A stretch of DNA of 63,976 bases, counting the filler, from Fonticula-like sp. SCN 57-25 (lineage: Eukaryota), in assembly GCA_001724245.1 (NCBI GenBank). It is 4 parts of 4 records of this genome, joined end to end, with 100 filler letters (N's around TTAATTAATTAA, not from the genome) between each part and the next. Parts side by side here need not be neighbours in the genome. Positions count along the whole stretch, not along the records: positions 1 to 15,914 come from MEDX01000132.1; positions 16,015 to 32,569 come from MEDX01000133.1; 2 more parts are not named here. One strand, given 5' to 3'. The notes under the pieces were generated by a model. That model ran no database searches. It had not been told where the DNA came from and worked only from the letters and a program-made list of their open reading frames with translations. Positions 12,801 through 25,497 of this stretch are shown one piece after another. Positions within the stretch are counted from its first letter, which is position 1. Every line of letters starts with the position of its first letter. The translations under genes and the position numbers were made by a program.

Positions 12801-15800
12801 CCTGGCCAAGCAGCGGTTCCGCGAGGCACGCGACCTCGTGGCCGAATTTGAGCTGTCGCCGCACACGGTGACGCTGCGCGAGGTGTCTTTCCACGTGGCG
12901 CAGTTTAAAAAGAGTAGCCTCTGGGACCTCGAGTTTACGCGGATGGCGCTCTGGGCACAGTGCAATCGCCTCTTTATCAAGCACGAGTGCGACCCGAGCA
13001 TTGCGGGCGACTTTTTCTACCGCCGCGCTGACCAGGTGGTCGGCGCGGAGCACGCTGGCGACTCGCACGGCGGGTCGGACGGCGAGAGCGACGGCGAGGA
13101 TGGCTCGCACCTCGAAACGGAGGAGGCAGCGCGGCGGCAGCAGGGGCTTGCCGAGCGCGCGATGCTGCTCGCTCTGACCCTCAAGTGGCTGCGCGGTGAC
13201 GTGACGCGCTCTGCGCTGCCGCTGCGCTCGCGTGAGGTGCTGGCCGACGTGCAGAAGCGTCTTTGGCTGGTGACGATTGCCGCCCAGGGCGCGGCGAGCA
13301 GCGGCGGCGAGGACGGTGGTGATGCCTTTGGCTACATCCGCGACCTCATGCCGCCGGACTCGCTGCCCGAGGTGGCCGCGGACATTCGCCTGGACGCCGA
13401 CGTCGAAGATATTCTGAGCGCGGCTCTGCTCGCTGCGCCTCTCGCTGACGTGTCAGAGGCGGCGACCGCGGATGAGCCCAAGCCGGTCAAGGCGACCGGC
13501 GGGCACTTTGTCAGCGCGAGCTTTGCCTCGCTGCCGGCGCAGGAGACGTCGTCGCTGAGCGAGTTTGCGTCGCAGCGCACGGACGAGGAGGTTCGCTCGC
13601 TCGATATCACGATCGGGCGGCTCTTGAATGCGGGCCGCGCTTCGCAAGCCGCCGCTCTCGCGACGGCATTCAAGCACTCGAATTTGGACATTTATATTCT
13701 GCGCCACGCTGTGCGCGTTGCAGAAGGCGAGGTCAACTTTGCCGAGCCTCTGCCTGCGCTGCTCACGACGGCCGCCGCCAAGGTGCCATCCGCCTCTGGC
13801 ATGTCTGCGCCGCCCGCCGGGTCCGAATCATCCGGCGGCGGGCTCACCAGCAAGCTCGCGGTAAACGAGCGCCTGGCCGACCTGGCGCCGCTGCTTGTCC
13901 GCGGCGTCTTCATCGAGCTTGGCAACAGTAGCAGCAGCAGCAGCAGTCTGAGCGCCGCGACGGCTGAGCTCGCCCTGTTTGACCGCCTCGCCTCGATGGC
14001 CATCTACGCGCGCGAGAGCGCTCTCCGCGTCGGTGTGAACTGGTGCATTTCGCGCATGCTCGGAAAGACCTACGACGAGATTGCGACGCTGGACGCGCAC
14101 CAGGTGCTTGCTCGCCTTATTCGCTTGCCCGCGACGCGCGATCCGTTCCGCATCGCGCGCTGGCACATTGCCGTGAACCGCATGGAGCCCGTGCACGTCG
14201 CGCAGCAGCTGGCCATGGTGTTTTTCCGCGCCCTGGTCGGTGCCCTCGTGGCCGCCAACGCAGCTGCGGCCGCGGACGGCGAGTCGTACCTTGACGATGC
14301 GAGCGACGACTCTGTGAGCGGCGGTCTCCACTCTGTAGACGTTGCCGCCAGTGGCCGCCTTGCGCTGCCGCAAGCCGTCAAGCCGCGCGGGTCCGAGTAC
14401 CCCGGCCCGTCGGCCGCGTCGCTCGCGACGTCGACGGGCGGCTGGTGGGCGTCGTCTGCGTCGCTTGCTTCGACGATCCGCTCGAACCGCCCCGCGGTGG
14501 ACGCTGCGTGGTCGCCCGCCGAGCTGATTCCCTTTGCCAACCTGACGGGGAACCCTGCGCTCCTGGGCCGCGCGCTGTGCGACCTCGTTGTCGGCCTGAG
14601 CGATTCCGAGTCGGCCGCTGCGTCGACGTCAAACCCGCTGTTCTCGGCGGGCGACGAGGAAGGCACCGAGGAAGAGACCGCTGCGGCGGACGCGGCAAAG
14701 TCGCTTGGCCGCCAGCAGCTTTGCGCTGCCGAGGTCGAGCTGCTGATCCGCGCGCACTATTGCTTTGGCCTTGTGAGTGACATGGAGGGCGTCGAGCGCG
14801 TGCTGACCGTCGTGCGTCGCCGCGTGCCTTACTACGCGTCCAACGCGTACTTTGCGCTCCTTGTGCGTCTCCTCATGGGCATCCAGCGCTACCGCGAGAT
14901 GCAGTACGTGCTGGACGCACTCGTGCAGCACGACATGTTTGAGCTCGTGCTGCGCAAGACGGTCGACAAGGACGGCCAGTGGGACCTCAAGCTCGCGCTG
15001 CACGACTACCTTCAGCGCAACCATCCGAACGACACCGAGCGGCTCAACATGGTCTACCTGCACTACAACATGTTCCGCCAGATCGGCGACGCGCTTCGCG
15101 GGTCCGCCGTGTCTCGCCTGCGCGCCGTCATCGCCGCGATCGCGGGCGGCGCGCTCGGTAGCGGCTCGACTGGCTGGCAGCTAACGGGCGGTGCCGGCGC
15201 GCTCACGTCGCCCTACGCGCTCTTTTGCGCGAGCGCGGCGACGCCCGCGCAGGTGCAGCAACAGCAGCAGCTTCAGCAGGCGGCGGGTGCAAACATGGGA
15301 GGCGTCCTCGAGGGTCTCCTGGCGGCGCAGCAGCTGCTCTGCGAGGCGGCCGAGTCGTACCTCAAGGAGGACTGCGTGTCGCTCGCGCGTCAGTGCGCCC
15401 TCGTCGCCCGCCTCGTTGGGTTGCAGGCGCAGATGCCGAGCGTCCGCGTGCTTGGCCTCGCAGACGCCGACGTGCGCAAGGTGGCCGCGGGGCAGCACTC
15501 TCGCTTCGCAGACATCCAGACAGTTCTGCAGGCGTACGGAAAGGACACGACGGGCGACTGGGTTGCAGTCATTTACCAGCAGAGTGTTCTCGGCGGCAAC
15601 CTTGACCTCTTTAAGGAGTACCGCAGGATGTACGCGTCGACGCCGTCCTTCTTCAACGACATTGTCGTAAAGTTCAAGCAGGACGCGGCGGCCGCGCGCG
15701 CAAATGTCGTCGAAAACTTTAGGAGGCTCATTGAGGCATGCCCGGACGCGTCGCTAAAGTACCGCGTCGCTGTTGAGTTTAGGTTTGCCGATATGGCGGG

Positions 15801-15843
15801 AGCGCTGCTTGCAGAGTTTGCCGCAATGGAGGAGACGCTCTAA
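6810..15843 (+). CDS. SPG11: Spatacsin (AP-5-associated), ~2970 aa, two 5' introns (~7525-7576 and ~7646-7699)
   Basis: LCHSNGWDRRQLAMQALELGLTHRQLDVV and the C-terminal ELLIRAHYCF...LLVRLLMGIQRYREMQYVLDALVQHDMFELVL signatures of spatacsin. The final exon is 8.1 kb. Confidence 0.88.
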
Positions 15844-15914
15844 AAGGCGTTTATGAATGAGCGAATGTGTACTTTTATCTAGACATTAATATATTACTTT
15901 ACATCATCAGTTAT

Positions 15915-16014
15915 NNNNNNNNNNNNNNNNNNNNNNNNNNNNNNNNNNNNNNNNNNNNTTAATTAATTAANNNNNNNNNNNNNNNNNNNNNNNNNNNNNN
16001 NNNNNNNNNNNNNN
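15915..16014. other. Artificial contig-joining linker N44-TTAATTAATTAA-N44
   Basis: Exactly 100 bp with stops in all six frames. Identical at three places in the window. Confidence 0.98.
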
Positions 16015-16058
16015 TGTGCGGTTGCAGTTCAGCCAGCGGCATGTTACCTGCCGTGGCG

Positions 16059-16207
16059 CGCCCGACATTTTGAAACTCAACGGATTGGGGGGAGCCGAGT
16101 GGCGGGAGACGCAGCGATTGGCCAACAAAGTCTGCCAACATAAGCCGGTCAAAGAATTCAACCAATCAGAGGGCTCAGCTTAGGTTTGACTGCCGCGATG
16201 TGATTGG
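16059..16207. promoter_or_regulatory. Putative cell-cycle promoter (CDE-N4-CHR plus several CCAAT boxes) of a gene truncated at the contig start
   Basis: CGCCCG-ACAT-TTTGAA (16059-16074), CAACGG (~16078), and ATTGG/CCAAT at ~16084, 16117, 16162 and 16203. A minus-strand ATG at 16042 reads MPLAELQPH into the gap. Confidence 0.4.
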
Positions 16208-16689
16208 ATCGTTAATGAATTTTGGGGGTTTTTTATCCTTTGAACAGCGAATAAACGAGAACAAAACGCATATTCAACGGAGAAAATCAGCAATTAGTAA
16301 TCAATAAGGTGGTAGCTACATGTTTCATTAAGATTCCACTATTGAATAACCTTTGTGCGCCAAAAAGGGTGTTGAATAAACTAAAATAAAACACTTTGTC
16401 ATCATTGTTTGCCAGGCAAGTGAGCTGATACACGAATTCAATAACTAACAAAAAAAGGTCAACTTCACGAGGGCACCAATATCAGTTTGTATCGACTATC
16501 TACTATATTTGCGACTCTATTGTCATTCTAATTCTATAATAAACTCACTCTGGACCGCCATTACTGACGACAAAAATTCAAAATTTTATCATGACGTAAT
16601 CAAAGTACATATTTTATTCAATTTTGATGCATGGCACTCGGCCATCATCCTCACATATCAATTTACAAACGTCCAAAAACCAAAACACT

Positions 16690-17731
16690 CTAGTTGCGCT
16701 TGGCGGCCCACTCGTCGACGCACTTGCGGAGATCGGCGATCATCTGAGCGGGGCTGGCGGCCTTGAAGACGGCGCTGCCGCCGGCCACAATGACGTTGGC
16801 GCCGGCCTCGGCGGCGGCGGAAATGGTCTTGGCGTCGAGGCCGCCGTCGACCTGGATGTCCTTGGTGGGGTAAAGGCGGCGGAGCTCCTTGACCTGGAAC
16901 GGCGTTAGAAAGGCGAGAAAACAAAGAAGAAGTGGCAAAAATGAAGGTAAAAGTGGCGAAAATATACACAAATGCGGCAAAAATGAATGTAAAACATTAG
17001 AATTTGACTCTAATATGGTCGAAAAATGATAAAAAAAGTGCATACCTTGGGCATCTGGTTGGCCATGAACGACTGGCCGCCGAATCCGGGCTCGACGGTC
17101 ATCACGAGGAACATGTCGAGCGAGTCGGCGTAGGGGAGAATGCTCTCGAGAGGAGTGCCGGGCTTGAGCGCCATGCCGACCTTCATGCCGGTCTCCTTCA
17201 CCATGCGGATCGTCTCATTGTGATCGCCTAGAGTCATTGTTAGTCAAAGTGAAGCAAATGGGAAGCGAAGTGGATAGACATGCAACGAAAATGCACCGAA
17301 AACAGCAAAAAATCACTCAAAACAACAAAAAATACACCCCAAAAAACCACAATATACACCCTACAACATGGTCTTCAATTGTACCTTCGGCCTCGACGTG
17401 GAAGGTGAACATTTCGGCACCGGCGTCCTTAAAGTCCTTGATCCACTTCTGGGGCTCGCTGACCATCAGGTGGCAGTCTTGTGCAATCAAGTCAGTAAAC
17501 AGCGCCAGTAAGTCTCAAAGCACGCGAGATCGCACCGAGGAATCCCTTGGTGTGCTTGCGGACCGACTTGATGACGGGGGCGCCAATCGTGAGGTTGGGC
17601 ACAAAGTGACCGTCCATGACGTCCATGTGGAGCCAGTCGGCGCCATACTCGACCATGCGGTTGCACTCGGCGGCGAGAATGCCAAAGTCGCCCGCGAGCA
17701 GCGAGGGGGCAATGATGGTGCGCAGAGACAT
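16690..17731 (-). CDS. RPE: Ribulose-phosphate 3-epimerase, 4 exons
   Basis: [57 protein letters not shown] and IQVDGGL motifs. Two long AT-rich introns. Confidence 0.95.
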
Positions 17732-17921
17732 GATGTTGAGCGGGGTGGCGGGCCGTACACGTAGCAAGTCGCGTGGCGGGAAGACAGTTGTCCACGTGGC
17801 CACCGACCAGAATGTACCCCCGATTCTGCACCAAAATCCACCCCGGACTCGATGGTCCGTGACGGACCGTGACGGACCAAAACCGACCCTTTGCCGTTAT
17901 TTGAAACCTTTGGCGGGTACC

Positions 17922-19064
17922 ATGGCGTCCATGTCGAGCCCGGACGACATCTTTGAGACCGGCGTCAAGATCCTGCGCGATGCTTACGCCAAGAAGAGCG
18001 AGCTTCGCGAGCATGAGCTGCGTGAGCTTCGTGATCAGGCCGTCCGCCGCGACAAGACGATTGTCGGTACGCGATCGCCGCGCGTTTGCAGCTGCGCGCC
18101 CCTGGATCCCCGTCGCTGATGCGTGCGCAGAGCTTCAGCAGCAGCTTGAAGCGGTGAGCGAGGAGCTTCAGCGCGAAAAGAAAAAGAATGTTTCTCTTCA
18201 GCACGAGATGCATCGCCTGTCGACATTCCGCCGTCAGATCGTGGAGGCGTGCGACTTTGATGATCGGCGGTCCTTTGGCGGCGGCGTGGCGGCATCGGCC
18301 TCTGCGTCGGCCGCGCCCCCGATGGGATCGGTCGGCACCGCCGGCGCGTACCTCTTTGGCCCGTCTTCCAATCTCTTTTCTTCGATCCCGTCGGGGATGC
18401 CGACCGGGATCCCAACTGGCATGCCATCGGGGATGCCATCGGCGATGCCGTCGATGGGGATGCCGTACCCCAGCGAGAGGATGACGATGCCGCCGATGAG
18501 GAGCGGCGCCGCTGACCCGACGGCCGCGGCGGGCGGCGTGCGTCTCTCGCAGCAGATGCCGACGCTGCCGCCGCTCCCGGCGCCCGTCATTACCACCGCA
18601 GAGTTTCACCAAAAGGCCTCTCAGCGTCTGGGTGTCGACCAGGTACGAGGAGCAGGAAGGAATAAAGTAATTTAGTGGAATTAGGTTAATGTGAAAAGTG
18701 ACGTTTTTATGAGGAAAATTGGCGTTTTTGGTGTTATTTTGGTGTTTTTTGAGTCATTTTAAGTCATTTTAGTGTTGGAAAGACATTTTTCATGCCTTGT
18801 GCCATATTTGACACTGCATATTTCCACATGTTTTGGATAATATTTCATTACTTTATACTTGTTTTCCTTGTATTTAACACTTTTCTCTTCTATTAGGCCG
18901 CGGCACTTCGTCAGCAAATTGACCGTTACAACTCTTCTCGCACACTGAACCCAATCCCAATTGACACATTGCTAAGCAACGTCCGCAACATTCTCGGCGA
19001 AAGCAACGCCGATCTCTACGACGAATTCCTGAGACTCGTTCAGCGGCCACGTGTCGCTTCTTAA
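17922..19064 (+). CDS. Coiled-coil protein resembling the At4g15545-like family (N-terminal coiled coil, Pro/Met-rich linker, helical C-terminal domain)
   Basis: Introns ~18067-18130 and 18643-18896. C-terminus AEFHQKASQRLGVDQ|AAALRQQIDRYN...LLSNVRNILGESNADLYDEFLRLV resembles KEFFRQARSRLSYEQF...IFGTDNKDLY. Internal (P[ST]GM)n repeat. Confidence 0.6.
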
Positions 19065-19156
19065 TGTAAACTTTTCGCTTTATTGTATCAATTTATTATT
19101 GGATAGAAAGTCGCAAATTACTTGACCATTGAACTGTCCAATTACAAGATGAATAT

Positions 19157-19414
19157 TTGACATACTGTCCATATATGTGTGTACATTAACATTCTGTTCA
19201 TATAAGTGCACATTAACATACATACTGTTCATATAAGTGCACATTAAGATACATACTGTTCATATATGTGTGTACATTAACATACTTTCTGTTCATATAC
19301 GTGTACATTAACATACTTTCTGTCCATATATGTGTAAATTGACATATAGTACTGTCCATATATGTGTGTACATCGACATACTTTCTGTCCATATATGTGT
19401 ACATTGACATACTT
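19157..19414. repeat. Degenerate minisatellite, ~29-33-bp unit (ACATACT(TTCT)GTYCATATATGTGTGTACATTR), about 8 copies
   Basis: The unit recurs visibly and head-to-tail between two convergent 3' ends. There are no unique spacers. Confidence 0.9.
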
Positions 19415-19535
19415 TTATTGCATGTTTCATACCTCTTTTTGTGACATTTTCCCCTTTCAACCCTGACCTAACATGTCTTTTTCAAACATATAAAACTATA
19501 TTAACTAAAAATGACATCAAAAATCCTACTACACT

Positions 19536-22500
19536 CTATTCAAACAAGTGCCTTGTCGCCTGCTCCAACCTTATCATCTCCGTCTTCAAATCACCCGCCA
19601 AAGTGAGATATCCTCTAAGGTCCACCACCCTCTTCTCCACCTTTTCCCTCTCCTTTCTCCCACTCGGCTTCCTATGATACGCCAAGCTCCTCACGAGCAT
19701 CATCGTCTTTAAAAACCTGCAATTATCAGGCACACCCTTTGCACTTTCCTCCAACAATGCCGACGCCCTATCCGACTTTTCCAACAACATCAATTTCACC
19801 GCCTTTAGCAGTGAATGAATGCCCGACATTGGCGCCCACTTTTTGCTCACAATCCCCGTCTTGTCCAATATCTCATCCACTATTTCCACCAATGTCTGCC
19901 TATGCAGCATAATTCTGCCGCTCGTCGCGTGCGGCGTCACGCGCGCATACGTCGCATTCACCCGCGCAATACTACTACTATTCGAGCGCACACTGCCGCG
20001 GCCGAGCGACGAGCGGCGGTCCCAGTCACTAGCCGTGGTCGAACTCAGCGAGGGCGACGGCGGCAGGAGGCCAAGTGAAGCTGAAGAAGTTGTTGATGAA
20101 GGGGACGAAGCGAGGTCGTCGGCGACGAATTGAGGGGCGATGTTGTCGTCGATCCAGTGGAACATGCCGTAGGAGACGAAGAGGAAGCCGAGGGTGGAGA
20201 CGAGGGCGGAGGGGGAGGTGGCGGGGACGCTGCGGGCGAGGGAGGAGATTTGGGCAAGGGACTCGGACGCCTTTAGTGCATTATTCTGAAAAGAAGAAGG
20301 GAGGAAAAGGGGAAAATGTGAGTAAAAGTGAAGGGAAAATGAAGAGAATAGACACAAAAAGATACAAAATGGTATCATTAATAGCATGATACACATACAT
20401 GATACATGGTATACACTCATGATACATGATACATGATACATAATACTCATGATACCCATACATGATACATGATACATGATACATGATGCATGATGCATGA
20501 TACTCATACATTATACATGATACACACTCATGATATACACTCATGATACATACTCATGATCAATGATACACTCATGATGCACTCATGATACACATACATG
20601 ATACATGATACATGATACATGATACACAATATACTCAGGATAGACACACATACATGATACATGCTACACATACATAGTACATGATACACATACATGATAC
20701 ACAATACACTCATGATATAGGCTCATGATATACACATACATGATACATGTCCTTTCCCACCTTTCATTCCCTCTCGTACCGACATGAGATGGAAGCATGT
20801 CAATGCACCACAATAAATGATCCGCAATGGCGTCGAATGCTTTTCCGGCCACGAATCCGCACTACTCTCAATCACTCTCACCCAATTATGCACATCTGTC
20901 GCGCCCTCCACTGGCCCCGCCGGCGGGCACACAATCAGCGCAAACAGCGACACTGACGCATAAACAAGCCCAAACGCGTCCTGACCAGAGTCAATCGCGC
21001 GCTCATACAGCGTCGCACACATATTTCTGGCGCGGTCAAACTGCCCGTCAAGCAGCTCGAGCAGGACTCGCATAAAGGTGAGCTCGGCGTTGCGCGTGTT
21101 TGCCTGCCCTTCGACCATGGCCTTGCAGCGGTCGACGGCCTGGCGCGCTTCCGTCACGTGGCCTTTGGCGTAGGCGGCGGTGGCGCGCAGCAGCGTCACA
21201 TTCATGCGCTCGTGCACGTCGGCGGAGGCGGCGAGGAGGTCGGCGCGCTCAAAGTACTTTTCAGACATGCGCTCGTAGCCGCGCATGTAGTACATGAGGC
21301 CGATGATGGCTTCGGCGGCGCCGAAAGTGATGCCGAGGCGGAGGCACGCGGCCTCGCCGAGGCGCTCGCAGACGTTGAGGCGGTGCAGCGCGGCGAGCAC
21401 CATCGGGCCAGTGTCGCCGTGGTAGAGGTACGTCTCGTAGACGGCGAGCAGCACGTCGTGGAGGTGGCGCGCCTGCTCCTCTTCTTCGGGGCTCAGCTGC
21501 TCGTGGCGGGTGCGGCGGTCGCGGCGCGAAAAGTAGCGGATTTGCTTGGTGAGCTGCGTCTTGACGGCCGAGCGCATCAGCGAGCGGTTGTCGCTCGGGA
21601 AGGGAAAGTTGATGAGGCGCATGGCTTCGACGAGATTGGCGCGCGCAATGCTCCACTGAGTGCGCAGACTGTACGCCTGGCCCATCATGCGCAGCCACAC
21701 GCTCTGGCGGAAGTCGCTGTACTGCGATTGGCGGTCGGCGTCGAGCGACTGGAACAGCTTTTGGAGGTTGTGCAGGGTGGCGAGGGCGTCCGTGATGAGC
21801 TCGTGGTCGAGCTGGTGCTGCGCGACGGCTTCCATGTAGTGGATGCGCTTGGTGACGTCATTCGTGCGCTCGTAGTGAAAGTGGATCAACAGCAAAAGCT
21901 GATGGCGCGTATTGTCGTTCAAAAAGGCCTCGTAGCTTGATGCAACGTGCTTGTGGAACTTTTCGCGCTGGCGGAAAAGCATGGTCGAGTAGACGCACGA
22001 CTGCAGCATGGCAGAGCGGAACGACATGCTGTATTTGGACGACTCGTCAGCGTCGGCGTCGATCGTGATGAACTCGAGCGCGTCGCTGCTCGTCATGAGC
22101 TCGACGTAGCAGTCATCGGCGGACTTGCCGGCCACTTCGGCGACGGCCTCGAGGCTGAAATGCTGACCAATTACAGAGGCGACGCGCAGGATAAGCTGCA
22201 CTTCGGGCACGAGGCGGTCAAACTGGACGAGCATCGCCGCCTGCAAATCCTTGGGCATGAGCTCGGTGAGCTGCGCCTGAAAGTCGGTGCGCGGCTTGAG
22301 GATCAGCTCGAGGTTGGGCGTCACGTCAAGCAGCTTGTTGTTGAGCAGCGCGGTAAACATGTACTCGACATACAGCGGGTTGCCGCCCGTCTTTTGAAGG
22401 ACAATGTCGAGCACCTTGTCCGACACGGCGCGCACGACGGCCTCGGCGCTGCCGCTCGTCGCCTGATTGTACCTAAAGCACATGAGGCGCGCAACGTCGG

Positions 22501-25126
22501 CGCGGTTCAGGCCGGGAAGAACAATCTGAACGCTGCCGGGCATGCTGTGCAGACGCGTCATCGTCTTGGCCTGGCTCGCAGTCGACGCGGTACGGTGCGT
22601 CACAACAAACATGACGCGGGGGCACGAACGCACAATCTTCCAGGTAAGCTGCCACGACATGTTGTCCACCCAGTGGCCGTCGTCAATCGCAAAGAGAAGG
22701 CCTTCATTCATCGGGACGGGCAGCGGCGGGCACGTCACCTTGTTGATCAGCTTGATGATCAGGCCGGAAAGCTGGTCGTGACGGTCGGCGTTGGCAATAC
22801 GCTTGCCGGCATCATCACGGATGCCATAAATGGGGGCGAGCATCTGCGCCAGGTTGCGCGCCATGCCGACGCGCTGCAGTGCCGTCGCGGCGCGGTCGAG
22901 AATTGCGCGGCCGAAAAGCTCCGCCGCGTCGTCCTTGAAGCGATCAGCAAGGCCCTCGAATTCGTCCTTGTCGTCGCCCTTTTCGTCGGGCGACAAAATC
23001 GTCTCAAACTGCTGGCGCAGCTGCGGGCGCTTGCTCTGCTCCGCCTCGAGCTGCCTTAAAAGGCGCTCCGCCGCGCCCGGCCCCGCCACGCGCATCGACT
23101 GGCTCATCGTCTTGCTGCGCCCGCCCTTGCTCAGCACGCGAATCGTGTTGGTGTAGCGCTTGGCCATCGGGTCGGGCGAATCTTTGGCGGCCGCCGGCCC
23201 GATCGCCGCGCCAGCCGCGAGCGCCGCTTCGCCGTCCTTGATCGGCGGCATGCTGTTGCGCGTGAGTAGCTCCTGCGACGACCCCGCGCGGCGCATCACT
23301 TCCTTTTCGTTGGCGTCGAGCGTCGCGTCCAGAATCTGGTCGACGAGCGCGGCGACAATGTCGCGGTAGACAAAGTAGGGCGTCGACTGGTCGACCTCGT
23401 CGGCCTTGCCGTTGCAGACGTGCACGCCGGCGCCCGTCGCCTCGCCGATAATCATCTTTGCGAGCGCCGACTTGCCCGACCCGCCCATGCCGCCAATAAT
23501 GACCTTGGGCGTCGTCTTGTGCGCGAGGAACTCTTGCAGCGCGTCGAGCGCCTTGTCGCGCTCCGACTCGCGGCCGACGAGCGCAATGTCGTCCGTGGCG
23601 GTGCCGCCCGCCGCCGCCGCAGCGGCCATCGCGCTCTTGAGCTTGGGGCCTTCGCTGCGGCGCACGCCGGCAACCTTGTACACCAGCGAGCGGCCCTTCT
23701 TCGTCATCAGGTCAATGGGCGCGCCGTCGTCTTCATACTCGACGTCGCCCGCGCACGCCACAAAAGTCTCCTTGTCGCACAGCACGCGGTTCAGGCACTC
23801 GTCAGAGACCATGATGCGCGCCGACAGGTTGACGGCCTCGCCCATGATCGTGTGGTCGCAGCGCGTGCGGCCGCCAATCGTGCCGGTGAAAACCGTGCCA
23901 GTGGTCACGGCAACGCTCACTTCGGAAAAGAGAACGCCGAGCACCTTGCGGATTTCGAGCGCGGCGCGCACGCCAAACATGGAGTCGTTCTCGTGCGACA
24001 GCGGCGGGAGGCCAAACACGGACAGGATCGACATGCCCTTGTCGTCAATCACCATCTGACGGAGCGTGCCTTCAAACATGCGCAGCACGTCGAGCACCGC
24101 CGTCAGCGCTTTTTGCTGAAGCGCGAATCCGGGGCGGCTGTGCGGGTCAAAGCCGGCAAAGCGTGCAAATACGACGCTGACGAGGCGCAGCTCGTTGCCC
24201 AGGCCCGACGAGCGCATCGGCGTCGAGATGTGCAGGCGGGCAGCTTCGTTGATGTACTGGCGGTACACGGGCTTGGCGGGCGGGTTGTGCGCAACTTCGC
24301 GCATCGAAAGAATGTACTTTGACACGCCGGTGCCTTCGGCCGACGACGACGAAATCGACTGGACGATCACGGCATCGGGCTCTTCGCGGCCGATCGTCAC
24401 GCTCAGCGACGGCTCAAGCGCAAGGATGCGCATCGCCTCGCGCGAAAGCGCAAGCTCGCGCTTCTGCGCAACGTTCACAAGGGTCACGACTTCCTCCATG
24501 GCCGTGCCGGCGAGGTAGTACTCCCAGCGCTCGTGCTTGGTGGCTCCCACGTGGAGATCGTACACGGATCCGACGCCGAGGCCAATGTGCATCGAGAGGG
24601 GAAAGGTCGTGTCCTCGTCGGGGATCTGCACGCGGTGGCTGCCGAGGCGCTCAAGAAGCTTGAGGCAGCCGTTCACAGCTGACGCCAGCGTCTCAACGGG
24701 GCTGTCCTTGAGCTCCCAGCTCACAAGGATCGCATCACCGATAAACTTTACGACATCGCCGCCGCTCTTCTCCAGAATGTCAATCACAAACTGAAAGTAG
24801 GGATTGAGCGCGTTTGTCAAGAGCTCGGCGCCCAGGTTGCCGCGCTGCGCCAAATGGGCAGTCAACTGCGAATAACTAAAGGGGGATCACGCGGATCAGC
24901 ATGAGGTTGCAATGAGACATTCATGGCTATTCGCCAAGGCGCACCCAGAAACGTCGGCCAGCGCCACCACGCCCCACTCGCGCTCTCTAACATACTCCTC
25001 CTCCAGCGGCACGCCATTCCGCGACTCATACAGCTGGCGCACATGGAACGCCACGTAGCGCGACAGCTCATCCTTGGAGCTTGCCACCACCTCCTTGGAG
25101 GTTGCCGCCGACAGCGAGTCCGACAT
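19536..25126 (-). CDS. ADCY10: Soluble adenylyl cyclase type 10-like (C1-C2 cyclase, P-loop STAND NTPase, TPR-like tail); introns ~24873-24943 and 20286-20779
   Basis: ADVSG|YSQLT, DVVKFIGDAIL, MHIGLGVG, IDDKG, FGLPPLSHEND, TIMGEAVNLSARIM, Walker A GMGGSGKS, IDDGHWVD, KTGGNPLYV and LRVASVIGQHF. Confidence 0.9.
20384..20748. repeat. (GATACAT)n-derived satellite inside the 494-nt intron of the adenylyl cyclase gene
   Basis: Runs of GATACAT with variants GATACACAT, GATACACTCAT and GATACATACTCAT. Confidence 0.92.
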
Positions 25127-25497
25127 GGCTCCAGCAAATCAACTGCACGTCACTCCTCTCTCTAGCGCGCGCCTCCTATAACGCAACCCGAATGTCTCTG
25201 TTGACAACTGCACTTGCCGCGGAACAAGGAGAAAGCGTGAGCTAATGGTGCGCAGAGGGAGATCCTCGTCGGGTCCCGCCCCAAGCGTGCAGTTCAGCAG
25301 AATGAGAAAAACAACAATTGCCATATTGCACCATCATGATTCGTGAGTCACCCCCGACTTTCCACCCCGGACTCGCATACTTTACCGAAATAGCCGCTCG
25401 CCGATCATCTCTTCATCACAAATGGCAAACTGCAAACTGCAACTGCAAAGTGCAAACTTGAGCTTGGCGCGAACGCCGCGTCGCTTTCCACGCCGCG

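Noticed and set aside
15915..16014. TTAATTAATTAA palindrome recurring three times at ~16-kb spacing
   Set aside because: Flanked by exactly 44 Ns each time. It is a six-frame-stop concatenation linker, so adjacency across it and its spacing are not biological.
19157..19414. ~30-bp repeat array as a possible CRISPR
   Set aside because: Units are contiguous and degenerate with no unique spacers or cas genes, in a eukaryotic context.
19213..20852. Met/Tyr/His/Cys-rich ORFs (19213-19410, 20281-20544, 20528-20713, 20664-20852 and the N-terminus of 19536-20507)
   Set aside because: Translations of satellite DNA lying in an intron or intergenic region.
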